From: an uncultured Gemmatimonadaceae bacterium
Lineage (GTDB): Bacteria > Gemmatimonadota > Gemmatimonadetes > Gemmatimonadales > GWC2-71-9
NCBI GenBank assembly: GCA_964642475.1
Contig: CAZXRC010000001.1
Span: 3,560 to 67,559 of the forward strand
Length of the DNA: 64,000 nucleotides
Direction: 5' to 3'
Both the position numbers and the translations under genes were made by a program. Below the pieces are notes generated by a model that searched no databases, was not told the DNA's origin, and saw only the letters and a program-made list of their open reading frames with translations. This document shows positions 17,964-25,970 of this stretch, piece by piece. Position 1 is the stretch's first letter. Every line of letters starts with the position of its first letter.

Positions 17964-18584
17964 CCCTACCCCGAGCCAGGGCGAGGGCCGCGACACGTGC
18001 GGCGATCCCCGGATCAGGAATCGGAGTGGCCAATCCGCGGCCTTGCTGATCCCGATGCGGGGGGCGGCGATGATATCGGCTGCGGGAATCCGTGCCGGTG
18101 AATGCACCGTCGCCTCCGAGTCCGGCATCAGACGACCATCGAGCCGATTCCGGGTGATACCGAGCGCCTGACAGAGTCGGCCGGGTCCGGCCCCGAGGAG
18201 CGCCACTGTTCCGAGGCCCCGCCGGCGGGCCATGGCGGCTTCCCCCGCGAGCGGCTCGATGGCCCGCAGCAGTACCGCCCCGCCCAGGCCTTCGGGCCCC
18301 GCCACCAGGTTGGCGCACCAGTGCATCCCGTAGGACAGGTAGACGTACCAGGTGCCCGGTGGCAGGTAGAGGGAGCCGTTCTGGGCGTGCCGGCGGTTGC
18401 GGTAGGCATGGGAGGCGGGGTCGTCGACGCCGAGGTAGGCCTCCACCTCCACGATCCGGCCGACGGTGCGGCAGCCGCGGAAGGTGGTTTCCAGCCGCGC
18501 ACCCAGGAGCGCGCGCGCGACGGTCACGACATCGTGACGGAAAAACGCGACGGGCAGCGTGGCTGCCCGTCGGGTGGTCGTCAT
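17940..18584 (-). CDS. mpg: DNA-3-methyladenine glycosylase (Mpg/AAG family)
   Basis: C-terminal 215 codons of track ORF 17940..18917. ATG 18584 (MTTTRRAATLPVAFF). Strings: RIVEVEAYLGVDDPASHAYR, SYGMHWCANLV, GPGRLCQALGI. Confidence 0.8.
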   Translation of the reverse strand: MTTTRRAATLPVAFFRHDVVTVARALLGARLETTFRGCRTVGRIVEVEAYLGVDDPASHAYRNRRHAQNGSLYLPPGTWYVYLSYGMHWCANLVAGPEGLGGAVLLRAIEPLAGEAAMARRRGLGTVALLGAGPGRLCQALGITRNRLDGRLMPDSEATVHSPARIPAADIIAAPRIGISKAADWPLRFLIRGSPHVSRPSPWLGVGKKQSGRV

Positions 18585-18585
18585 C

Positions 18586-20148
18586 TCAGCCCTCGGTCTT
18601 CTTCCTGGCCCGGGGTTTCGCGGCCTTTTTCTTCGGGGCGGCGTCCTTCGGAATGGCCTCCGCCCCCTCGTCGTCCGCCTTCGGCGCGGCCTTCTTGCGC
18701 CCGCGGGCCGGGCGCTCCGCCGGCGGCTCTTCGTCGAGGCTGACCACCCCGACCATGGCGATGGCCGGCGGTGCCGCCGGCAGACGCGAGCCCCGCCGGA
18801 ACCGGATCCCTCCGCGACTGGCGGCATCGCTCGGTGCCACCGCGGCCGGGGTGCCGTTACCCGCGGGCTCCTCGGCGGGCGCGACGCCACCCCGCGACAG
18901 CGCCGGTCCGGGCTCACCGCCCCGGCCGATCACCTCGAACTCGTCCTCGCCCACCTTCCGCACGTCGGCCACCTCGGCATCATGCGCCTGGCGCAGCAAT
19001 CGCGAGAAGCGCGAGCTGTCGAGCATCGGGTCCTCGCGGCCCAGCAGCGCGGACATCCGCAGGCGCAAGGCTTCGTGTCCTGCCGGGCTGGGCAGCTCCG
19101 CCAGGGCGCGGCGCAGCAGATCGAAGGCCCGTGCCAGGGTCAGCGCATCGGTCGGTTCGGCCCGGCGCGACGGTTCCGGCCGGCGGGGCTTCTCCGTCGG
19201 GGCGGCCGGCTCGCTCCGTTCCTCCCGTTCCCGTCCACCGCGCCCCCGCCCCCGTCCCCGCCCGCGTCGTCCCCGATCCTCGCGCGGCGCCCGGGGCTCC
19301 GCGGCGCCCGGCCCGGCCGGAGCCGGGGCCGAGATGGCCGCCGCGGTCCCGTTCCCCGCCGCCTCGGCCGGTGCCACTTCGTACTGGCCGTTCTCCATCC
19401 GGGTGATCTTGATGTGGCCCTTGTGCCCGGCCTCCATCACGAACTTGCTGAAGCGGCTGAAGCCCGCGTTCTTCTCGTCGAAGTTCGGATCGATCTGCTG
19501 CATGACCTGCTTGAGACGGTCGGAGCGCATCACGTCGCCCTCGCGGACCATCTGCGCCACCGCCTCCTTCACCAGGACCCAGGGATCCTTCTGGGCCGAG
19601 GGGATGTCGGTCTCCTTGGTGAGACCGGCCAGGTCCGAGTAGCTGTAGTACTCGTCGCAATTCTGGATCAGCAGGTCGCTGGCGCTCTCCCGGATTCCCA
19701 CGCCGATCACATACTTGCCGTACTCCTTGAGCTTGATGACCAGCATCGAGAAGTCGCTGTCCCCCGAGAGCAGGATGAAGCTGCCGATCTCGGGGCGGGT
19801 GAACACCAGCTCCATCGCGTCGATGGCCAGCCGGATGTCGGTCGCGTTCTTCTTGTTGTTCCCGAAGGCGGGGGCGAAAATCAGGTCGATCGAAGACTCC
19901 GACAGCGGCACAATGTACTGGTGGTACCGCCGCCAGTCGGCATAGGCGCGCGAGACCGCGACCTTGCCCTTGATGATGTCGCTGTTGAGGAGGTGCTTGA
20001 GTTCCTTGGTGAGATCGGAGCGGATGCCCAGCGTGACGTTGTCGAAGTCGATCAGCAGGGCGGCGTTGGGGGCGTGCACCGGGGGTTCCCCGGAGCGAAG
20101 ATGTCGGAGGTGCGGTGTGGTCACAGGTGGTCGAACTCCGCGCATCAC
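18586..20148 (-). CDS. NYN-domain (LabA/DUF88-like) protein with two OST-HTH/LOTUS domains, an RG-rich linker and a Lys/Ala/Pro-rich tail
   Basis: 520 aa. NYN core: ALLIDFDNV...AYADWRRY...KKNATDIRLAIDAMEL...FILLSGDSDFSMLVIKLKEYGKYVIGVG. LOTUS-like segments: LVKEAVAQMV...GFSRFSKFVMEAGHKGHIKI and LRMSALLGRE..SSRFSRLLRQAHD. Linker RGRRGRGRGRGRGGRE. Stop is 2 nt from the mpg start. Confidence 0.75.
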   Translation of the reverse strand: MMRGVRPPVTTPHLRHLRSGEPPVHAPNAALLIDFDNVTLGIRSDLTKELKHLLNSDIIKGKVAVSRAYADWRRYHQYIVPLSESSIDLIFAPAFGNNKKNATDIRLAIDAMELVFTRPEIGSFILLSGDSDFSMLVIKLKEYGKYVIGVGIRESASDLLIQNCDEYYSYSDLAGLTKETDIPSAQKDPWVLVKEAVAQMVREGDVMRSDRLKQVMQQIDPNFDEKNAGFSRFSKFVMEAGHKGHIKITRMENGQYEVAPAEAAGNGTAAAISAPAPAGPGAAEPRAPREDRGRRGRGRGRGRGGREREERSEPAAPTEKPRRPEPSRRAEPTDALTLARAFDLLRRALAELPSPAGHEALRLRMSALLGREDPMLDSSRFSRLLRQAHDAEVADVRKVGEDEFEVIGRGGEPGPALSRGGVAPAEEPAGNGTPAAVAPSDAASRGGIRFRRGSRLPAAPPAIAMVGVVSLDEEPPAERPARGRKKAAPKADDEGAEAIPKDAAPKKKAAKPRARKKTEG

Positions 20149-20519
20149 CCCCGGCGCCAGCTCGCGGACCTGCCCGGACCCGGTGCCGGGAAGTCATGCG
20201 GAATTGGAGCGCCGAGGATGTGCACTACTCGGAAAATGAGGCGGCGGTCCCAATGACCGCCGCAACGGGCCGGCGCGGGGCCCGAGCCTTCCTGGGCTGT
20301 CTCGGAAGTGATTCCGGGAGATCCAGCTTTCCGACGCGGCACCGGGTGTCCCGCGGGGATTGTGGAGGAAGGCAGGGGAGGCCTGCGCCGGCCGACGAAA
20401 ATGTATGTCGGTGCAGGAGATACGGGTAGTGGCGGAAGTAGTGTGATGGCTCAACCCCGATGGGAGGCGGTGGAGGTGTCCGCTCCCGTGCTAAGCGGGG
20501 CCTTTCAACTGACAGTCCC

Positions 20520-20544
20520 CAACCGCGCCTGACTCAACCGCGCC
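20520..20544. repeat. Direct repeat CAACCGCGCC-N5-CAACCGCGCC in the long non-coding gap
   Basis: Read directly: copies at 20520-20529 and 20535-20544 are identical (15-nt period). Confidence 0.7.
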
Positions 20545-20715
20545 ACCGGTGCAGACCCCGGGCACGGATGGTTGCGGTCCCACCACATGTCCGGGACGAG
20601 GGCTCCAAAATGAGGTCCTTGCGCCGGCCCTGACGCGTAGAGGTAAGGGTTTCTCGAATAACGAGTTAGCCAACGTCTCGGTGGCCGGCACGTCGCGCCG
20701 GCCAATCCCGGACGC

Positions 20716-20731
20716 TGGCTCGCCTATTGCG
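20716..20731 (+). promoter_or_regulatory. Candidate sigma-54 (-24/-12) promoter upstream of the asnB-like gene
   Basis: TGGCTCgcctaTTGCG versus consensus TGGCAC-N5-TTGCW (9 of 11 defined positions; GG and GC correctly spaced). Intergenic, correct strand, but 275 nt from ATG 21005. Confidence 0.3.
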
Positions 20732-21004
20732 TTCCCCCGGCCCGAAGGCAGGGGAAATCTTGTCCCGGCCTGGTGCCGCGTCCCTCGGTAATCCGCTTAC
20801 TCGAACCCCGTGACAGCGCTGCCAGCAAATCACTCCGCCGGTCGAGCCGCCCGGGCGCCGCTGCGCTCGTTCCGCCATCCGAGGCTGGCGGTCGCCCCCG
20901 CACGGGGACGCCCGGCGCGGCCGCGGGCATTCCAACACCCGCTTGAGCTCCGCATTCTGCCCCGTCTCGAGGAGACGCCGGGCAGGGGAGCACGCTGAAA
21001 CTCG

Positions 21005-23104
21005 ATGTGCGGCATTCTGGCGGTGATGCAGCGGGACGGCGCGCCCATCGATCCCGAGCTGGTCGCGCGCATGCGGGACACGATGGCCCATCGTGGCCCC
21101 GACGACGTCGGACTGCGGTCCGATGGGGTGGTGGCCCTGGCCCATCGGCGCCTGTCGATTCTCGACCTGACCGCGTCGGGCCACCAGCCGATGTGCAATG
21201 AGGATGGCACGATCTGGATCGTCCTCAACGGCGAGATCTACAACTACGTCGAGCTGACGGCCGATCTGATCCGGCGGGGCCACCAGTTCCGCTCCCGCTC
21301 CGACACCGAGACGATCATCCACCTCTACGAGGAGTACGGGGTCGGCTGCCTCGACCACCTCGTCGGGATGTTCGGCTTCGTGCTGTGGGATGCGCGCAAG
21401 CAGCAACTGTTCGCCGCCCGGGACCGGATCGGTATCAAGCCCGTGTACTACCACGAAACGCCCGAGCGGTTGACCTGCGCCTCCGAGATGAAGGCCCTGG
21501 TCGACGATCCGGCCGTGGCCCGCCGAGTCGACCACCGCGCCATGGCGGACTTTCTCTTCGCCGGTCAGTACCTCGGTGGCAAGACGCCGTTCGAGGGCGT
21601 CCGCGAGCTGCCCCCCGCCCACTATCTCCTCGCCACCCGCGAGCGTACGACGCTGGCCCGCTACTGGGATCTCGAATTCGACTACCACGAGCGGTCATGG
21701 GATGACACCGTGGCCGAGGTGCGTTCGCTGCTCGATGATGCGGTGCGAATCCATTGTCGCAGCGATGTCCCCCTGGGATGTCACTTGAGCGGCGGTCTCG
21801 ACTCGAGCACGGTAACGAGTTTCGCGGTGCGCCACTGCCAGGGAATGCCGGCGTTCGCGATCCGCTTCGAGGGCAATGGGAAGCAGTACGACGAGACCCG
21901 TTACGCCAAGGCGGTCTGTGCCGCCAGCGGGACCCGCTACCTCGAGGCCACCCCCGGGCCGGAGGACTTCTGGCGGCTGCTGGCCTCGCTGGTCTGGCAC
22001 ATGGACACCCCGCTCTTCGGCATCGGTGCCTTCTCCTACTACACGGTCTCCCGTCTGGCCTCCCGGTTCGTGAAGGTGACGCTGACGGGTCACGGCGGCG
22101 ACGAGATCTTCGCGGGGTATCCCGCCCAGTTCGCGGCCACCTTCGGGACCACGGCGATGTTCGACCGCCTGGTGTCGGGCCATCGTCCGGCCGCACCGCT
22201 GGCCCGCCTGACACGCCTGCTCCGGGAGCGCGGAGTCCGGGGCGTCTACGGCGCCCTCGCCAGGCGGCTGCGGAACCTGGCGCGGGGGCCGGAGACCCTG
22301 GAGGAGGTGTGGGTCGGGCTCCACTGCAACGTGCTGGACCGGTCGAATTACGAGACCGGCTTCGTGCGGGGACTGGGGGGGTACTCGCCGCTCGAGGAAT
22401 ACCTGGCGCCCTTCCGGCGGGCCCGCACCACGGAGACTCTGGATCGCTGCCTCTACCACGACCTGGTGAGTTACCTCCCGAGCCTGCTGCACCAGGAGGA
22501 CCGGGTCAGTATGTCGCTCTCAGTCGAGTCGCGGGTACCGCTCCTCGACCATCGCCTGGTTCAGCTGCTGGCCACCGTCCCACCCGCCCTGAAAGCCCGT
22601 AACCGCGAACCCAAGGCGCTGCTGCGGGCCGCCGCGCGGGGGACCGTGACCGATCAGGTCCTCGACCGACGGGACAAGGTGCCGTTTTCCGTCCCGATCC
22701 AGCCCTGGCTCGAGGGGCCGCTCTGGCCCCGCATCCGGGAGCTGCTCGAGTCCCGGGTCGCGCGCGACCGGGGCATCTTCCGCCACCCGGCGGGCGGCAT
22801 CCGGCCGGACACGCCCGACCTGTGGAACCGGCTCAACATCGAGGTCTGGCACCGGATCTTCATCGACCAGGATCCGGCCTGGACCGCCATGATCGGGGCC
22901 GCGCGGGAGGGAGCTGGCCGGGGAGTCGAGACCGGGTCGGCAAGCGCTTCGGGAGTCGTGCGGGACCCGCCTCGAAGCAAGCGCCGGGCCCACCTCGAAG
23001 AAGAAGCGGGCGCCGGCGGGGGAAGGGGTCGCCTCCACCATGAGGGCCGGCCGCATCGTCTGGACCAGCTTGCGGCGGACCTGGAGCCCGAGCCCGGCAC
23101 CTGA
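21005..23104 (+). CDS. Asparagine synthase (glutamine-hydrolysing)-family amidotransferase
   Basis: 699 aa. Starts MCGILAV (Ntn Cys). Strings: HRGPDD, RRLSILDL, LNGEIYNY, LSGGLDSS (PP-loop). About 70-aa charged C-terminal extension. This paralogue type is commonly embedded in EPS/O-antigen loci. Confidence 0.8.
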   Translation: MCGILAVMQRDGAPIDPELVARMRDTMAHRGPDDVGLRSDGVVALAHRRLSILDLTASGHQPMCNEDGTIWIVLNGEIYNYVELTADLIRRGHQFRSRSDTETIIHLYEEYGVGCLDHLVGMFGFVLWDARKQQLFAARDRIGIKPVYYHETPERLTCASEMKALVDDPAVARRVDHRAMADFLFAGQYLGGKTPFEGVRELPPAHYLLATRERTTLARYWDLEFDYHERSWDDTVAEVRSLLDDAVRIHCRSDVPLGCHLSGGLDSSTVTSFAVRHCQGMPAFAIRFEGNGKQYDETRYAKAVCAASGTRYLEATPGPEDFWRLLASLVWHMDTPLFGIGAFSYYTVSRLASRFVKVTLTGHGGDEIFAGYPAQFAATFGTTAMFDRLVSGHRPAAPLARLTRLLRERGVRGVYGALARRLRNLARGPETLEEVWVGLHCNVLDRSNYETGFVRGLGGYSPLEEYLAPFRRARTTETLDRCLYHDLVSYLPSLLHQEDRVSMSLSVESRVPLLDHRLVQLLATVPPALKARNREPKALLRAAARGTVTDQVLDRRDKVPFSVPIQPWLEGPLWPRIRELLESRVARDRGIFRHPAGGIRPDTPDLWNRLNIEVWHRIFIDQDPAWTAMIGAAREGAGRGVETGSASASGVVRDPPRSKRRAHLEEEAGAGGGRGRLHHEGRPHRLDQLAADLEPEPGT

Positions 23105-23217
23105 GCGGGAGGCGGGGACGGACCGCGGACGGTCGACTTGCGCGTTGCCCCCCGGTCACAGAGCAGGGTATCGTCCAGCCGCTCACCCAACCCGCGCTCA
23201 CAGGAGACCAATCTCGC

Positions 23218-24195
23218 ATGTCCCGTAACGCCGGCTTTCGCGCAGGGGAATGGGTCGAAGTGCGGAGCGCGGCTGAAATCCTCGCGACGCTCGGCAGTGA
23301 CGGAACCCTGGACCGGCTGCCCTTCATGCCCGAGATGCTGGAGTACTGCGGCAAGCGGTTTCCGGTCTATCGGCGGGCCGACAAGACCTGCGATACCATC
23401 CATGCCTCCTTGTCCCGCCGCATGGAGAACGCGGTGCACCTCGAAGGGCTGCGCTGCACCGGGGCCGCCCACGGTGGCTGCCAGGCGGAGTGCCTGCTCT
23501 TCTGGAAGGAGGCCTGGCTCAAGCGACCGGACGACACCCGGCCCGCGCCAGAGAGTGGGGGGATCACCGCCGCCCAGTTGGAGCAGAGCGCCAGAAAAGC
23601 CGGGGAGCCGGAATCGTTCGCCTGCCAGGCCACGGAGCTCTATCGCGCCACCGCCGAAATGCCCTGGTACGACCTCCGACAATATTTTCGCGAACTCCGC
23701 TCGGGCAATGTCACGCTCGGCACCATGCTCAAGACCTTCGCCATCGCCTGGTACAACGTGCTGGCCCGGCGGTTGTCCCGACTCGGCGTCAAGCGTTACC
23801 CCTACGTGGCCGGCCACTGCGTCGGCAGGACCCCGACCGAAACGCTAAGCCTGCAACCCGGCGAACTGGTCCGGGTGAAGCCGAAGGCCGAGATCATGAA
23901 GACCCTCGGGCCGGACCGGAAGAACCGGGGTCTCCTGTTCGATGTGGAGATGACCCCGTTCTGCACCCGGACCTACCGGGTTCGGCGCCGGGTGGAGCGG
24001 CTTATCAACGAAAAGACCGGCGCGATGATGACGATCCCGCGGGACTGCATCGTGCTCGACGGGGCCTACTGTGGAGGACGGCTGAGCAAGGACCGCCTCT
24101 TCTGCCCGAGGAGCATCCCCTCGTTCTGGCGCGAGATCTGGCTGGAACGGGTCCCGGCAGCCGAAGCCTCCCCGGTCGAGCGGCCGCAGCCCTGA
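23218..24195 (+). CDS. Hypothetical protein with an internally duplicated ~95-aa Cys-containing domain
   Basis: 325 aa. Residues 10-103 and 215-311 align: GE.V.V+...EI..TLG.D....L.F..EM...C....Y.V.RR ... L.G..C.G.....C.....FW+E.WL+R. No family recognised. Third codon positions are G/C-rich as in the neighbouring genes. Confidence 0.5.
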   Translation: MSRNAGFRAGEWVEVRSAAEILATLGSDGTLDRLPFMPEMLEYCGKRFPVYRRADKTCDTIHASLSRRMENAVHLEGLRCTGAAHGGCQAECLLFWKEAWLKRPDDTRPAPESGGITAAQLEQSARKAGEPESFACQATELYRATAEMPWYDLRQYFRELRSGNVTLGTMLKTFAIAWYNVLARRLSRLGVKRYPYVAGHCVGRTPTETLSLQPGELVRVKPKAEIMKTLGPDRKNRGLLFDVEMTPFCTRTYRVRRRVERLINEKTGAMMTIPRDCIVLDGAYCGGRLSKDRLFCPRSIPSFWREIWLERVPAAEASPVERPQP

Positions 24196-24227
24196 GGTGG
24201 GGCGAGTGCCCCGTGGGCCGGGCCCGC

Positions 24228-24944
24228 CTATCGCAGATCGGGGCGGCGGGCCAGCCAGTCAGCCAGCTCGAGGTCGAAGGGCGAGTCGATATTGACGACC
24301 GGCCGTTCGATCACCACCGCCGCGCAATTCTCCTCGATGATGTGCCCCCGATCCACCAGCGTCTCCCGGCGCACCGCATAACAGACCCCATTCCGGTGGT
24401 AGTAGGCGGGAATGTCCTGGCGCAGGGAGAATCGTGCGCCGTCCTCCACGTAATACCCCAGGGTCCCGGCCGGGCCCACCGTCAGGGTCTTGTGGGGACT
24501 GCAGTGCCCCGGCGTCGGACTGACCGTGGCGGCGGCGGCGAAGTCCCCCTCGAGCAGCACCCGGACGGTCCGCTCGACATCTTCGGCCCGGCGTAAGGGG
24601 CTGGTGGGTTCGAGCAGGATGGACAGGTCAAACCGGCGGCCGTGGATCTCCTCGGCCGACGTCCAGGCGTGCCGCCACATGTCGACCGACTTGGCCTTGT
24701 CCCCGGCCAGGGCCTGGGGCCGGACGAACGGGACGGCCAGCCCGTGCTGCTCGGCCTCCCGGGCAATGTCCGGATCATCCGTAGACAGCAGCGCTGCATC
24801 GAGCCAGGGCAGCTGCCGAATAACCCTGGCGGCGTGCCCGATCAGGCTGGTACCCGCGACCTCCCTCAGGTTCTTCCGGGGAATCCCTTTGCTGCCGCCA
24901 CGCGCCGGCACCACCGCCAGCACCGACACCCCATGCAGCGCCAT
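24228..24944 (-). CDS. neuA: Acylneuraminate (nonulosonate) cytidylyltransferase
   Basis: C-terminal 239 codons of ORF 24228..25190. ATG 24944 overlaps the upstream stop (ATGA). Strings: VLAVVPARGGSKGIPRKNL, LLEPTSPLR, YYHRNGVCYA. Confidence 0.8.
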   Translation of the reverse strand: MALHGVSVLAVVPARGGSKGIPRKNLREVAGTSLIGHAARVIRQLPWLDAALLSTDDPDIAREAEQHGLAVPFVRPQALAGDKAKSVDMWRHAWTSAEEIHGRRFDLSILLEPTSPLRRAEDVERTVRVLLEGDFAAAATVSPTPGHCSPHKTLTVGPAGTLGYYVEDGARFSLRQDIPAYYHRNGVCYAVRRETLVDRGHIIEENCAAVVIERPVVNIDSPFDLELADWLARRPDLR

Positions 24945-25948
24945 CAGGCAATCTCGTCCAGGGTCACGGCCCGGCCGGTGGCGTGGCTCTGGCGTCCGGC
25001 CTCGATGACGCGCAGCACCGCCACCCCGTCCTCGATGCCGCAGGTGCGGACCCTCTCGCCCCGCAGGACGTCGAGAAACTCGCGGGCGGCCGCCACGAAC
25101 ATGTCGTTCCGTTGGCACTCGAATTCCTGCACCTGCCAGTCCGAATCCAGGTCCTTCCCATGGCTCACCCGGTTCGGCCGCTCCGACCACTCGATCGTGC
25201 CCCCGTCCCCGACGAGCTGAATCCGCTTCTGGTGAGGACGGCCGTACAGATCGAGGTGCACGTTCACCCGCGGTCCCCCCGGATAGCTGAGCAGCATATC
25301 GACATTGTCGTCAGTGCTGATCTCGAGGTCGCTGATCTTCTCGATCCTGGCGACGACCTCTCCCGGCATGCCAAACAGCCACAGCATGATGTCCAGCCAA
25401 TGGCTCTCGTCCAGCAGGGCCCCGCCGCCGAGATCCCGGTGGGCCATGAAGAAGTCGCGGTAACTCTCCCACGGATGCCAGTCGGCGAGGTGGGCGGAGA
25501 GGACAAATCGCGCATGCAGCACGCGCCCGACCGCCCGCTCGGCCAGGAGCCGCTTGACGACACCGAGCGGCGGCCACCAGCGCCAGGTATACCCGAGGAG
25601 AAGCGGCACACCGGTGGCCGCCACCTCGGCCTGCAGGGTCCGGGCTTCCGCGAGCCCGGCGGAGACCGGCTTCTCCAGGAGCACCGGGATCCCCGCCGCC
25701 AGGCAGGTGAGGGCCTGGGCAACGTGGGCAGTCGGGGGGGACGCGATCACCACCCCATCATACCGGTGGCCGGCCAGTGCTTCTTCCACCGAGCCGAAGG
25801 CGCCGCCCAGCGGCAGCTCGCCGGCCAGCTCCGCTCGCCGGTCTTCCCGCGGATCCATGCAGGAGATGGTGCAGCCCTCAGCCGCGAGATTACGGGCGTG
25901 CCGCTTCCCCGCGCTGCCGGTGCCGATGATCAGAACGTGTCGGGTCAT
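24944..25948 (-). CDS. Gfo/Idh/MocA-family NAD(P)-dependent oxidoreductase
   Basis: Last 335 codons of ORF 24944..26302. ATG 25948 (MTRHVLIIGTGSAGKRHARNL). LLEKPVS (EKP motif). C-terminal alpha/beta domain. Confidence 0.75.
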   Translation of the reverse strand: MTRHVLIIGTGSAGKRHARNLAAEGCTISCMDPREDRRAELAGELPLGGAFGSVEEALAGHRYDGVVIASPPTAHVAQALTCLAAGIPVLLEKPVSAGLAEARTLQAEVAATGVPLLLGYTWRWWPPLGVVKRLLAERAVGRVLHARFVLSAHLADWHPWESYRDFFMAHRDLGGGALLDESHWLDIMLWLFGMPGEVVARIEKISDLEISTDDNVDMLLSYPGGPRVNVHLDLYGRPHQKRIQLVGDGGTIEWSERPNRVSHGKDLDSDWQVQEFECQRNDMFVAAAREFLDVLRGERVRTCGIEDGVAVLRVIEAGRQSHATGRAVTLDEIA

Positions 25949-25970
25949 GGTTCCATTCAAAGGTGCTGGG

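Noticed and set aside
20149-21004. Housekeeping ncRNA (RNase P RNA, tmRNA, SRP RNA, 6S RNA) or a tRNA in the long gap.
   Set aside because: On neither strand did I find the conserved cores I know: GGAAAGTCCGGGC for RNase P, a tRNA-like GGTTCGA.TCC T-arm with CCA end for tmRNA or tRNA, or GGAAGCAGCC for SRP. An unknown sRNA remains possible and is listed as a finding.
21005-24195. Lasso-peptide/RiPP cluster (an Asn-synthase-like cyclase plus an unknown partner).
   Set aside because: The AsnB-like protein keeps the N-terminal catalytic Cys of true glutamine amidotransferases. I see no PqqD-like RRE, no transglutaminase-like protease and no plausible precursor peptide. The surrounding genes are glycan biosynthesis genes.
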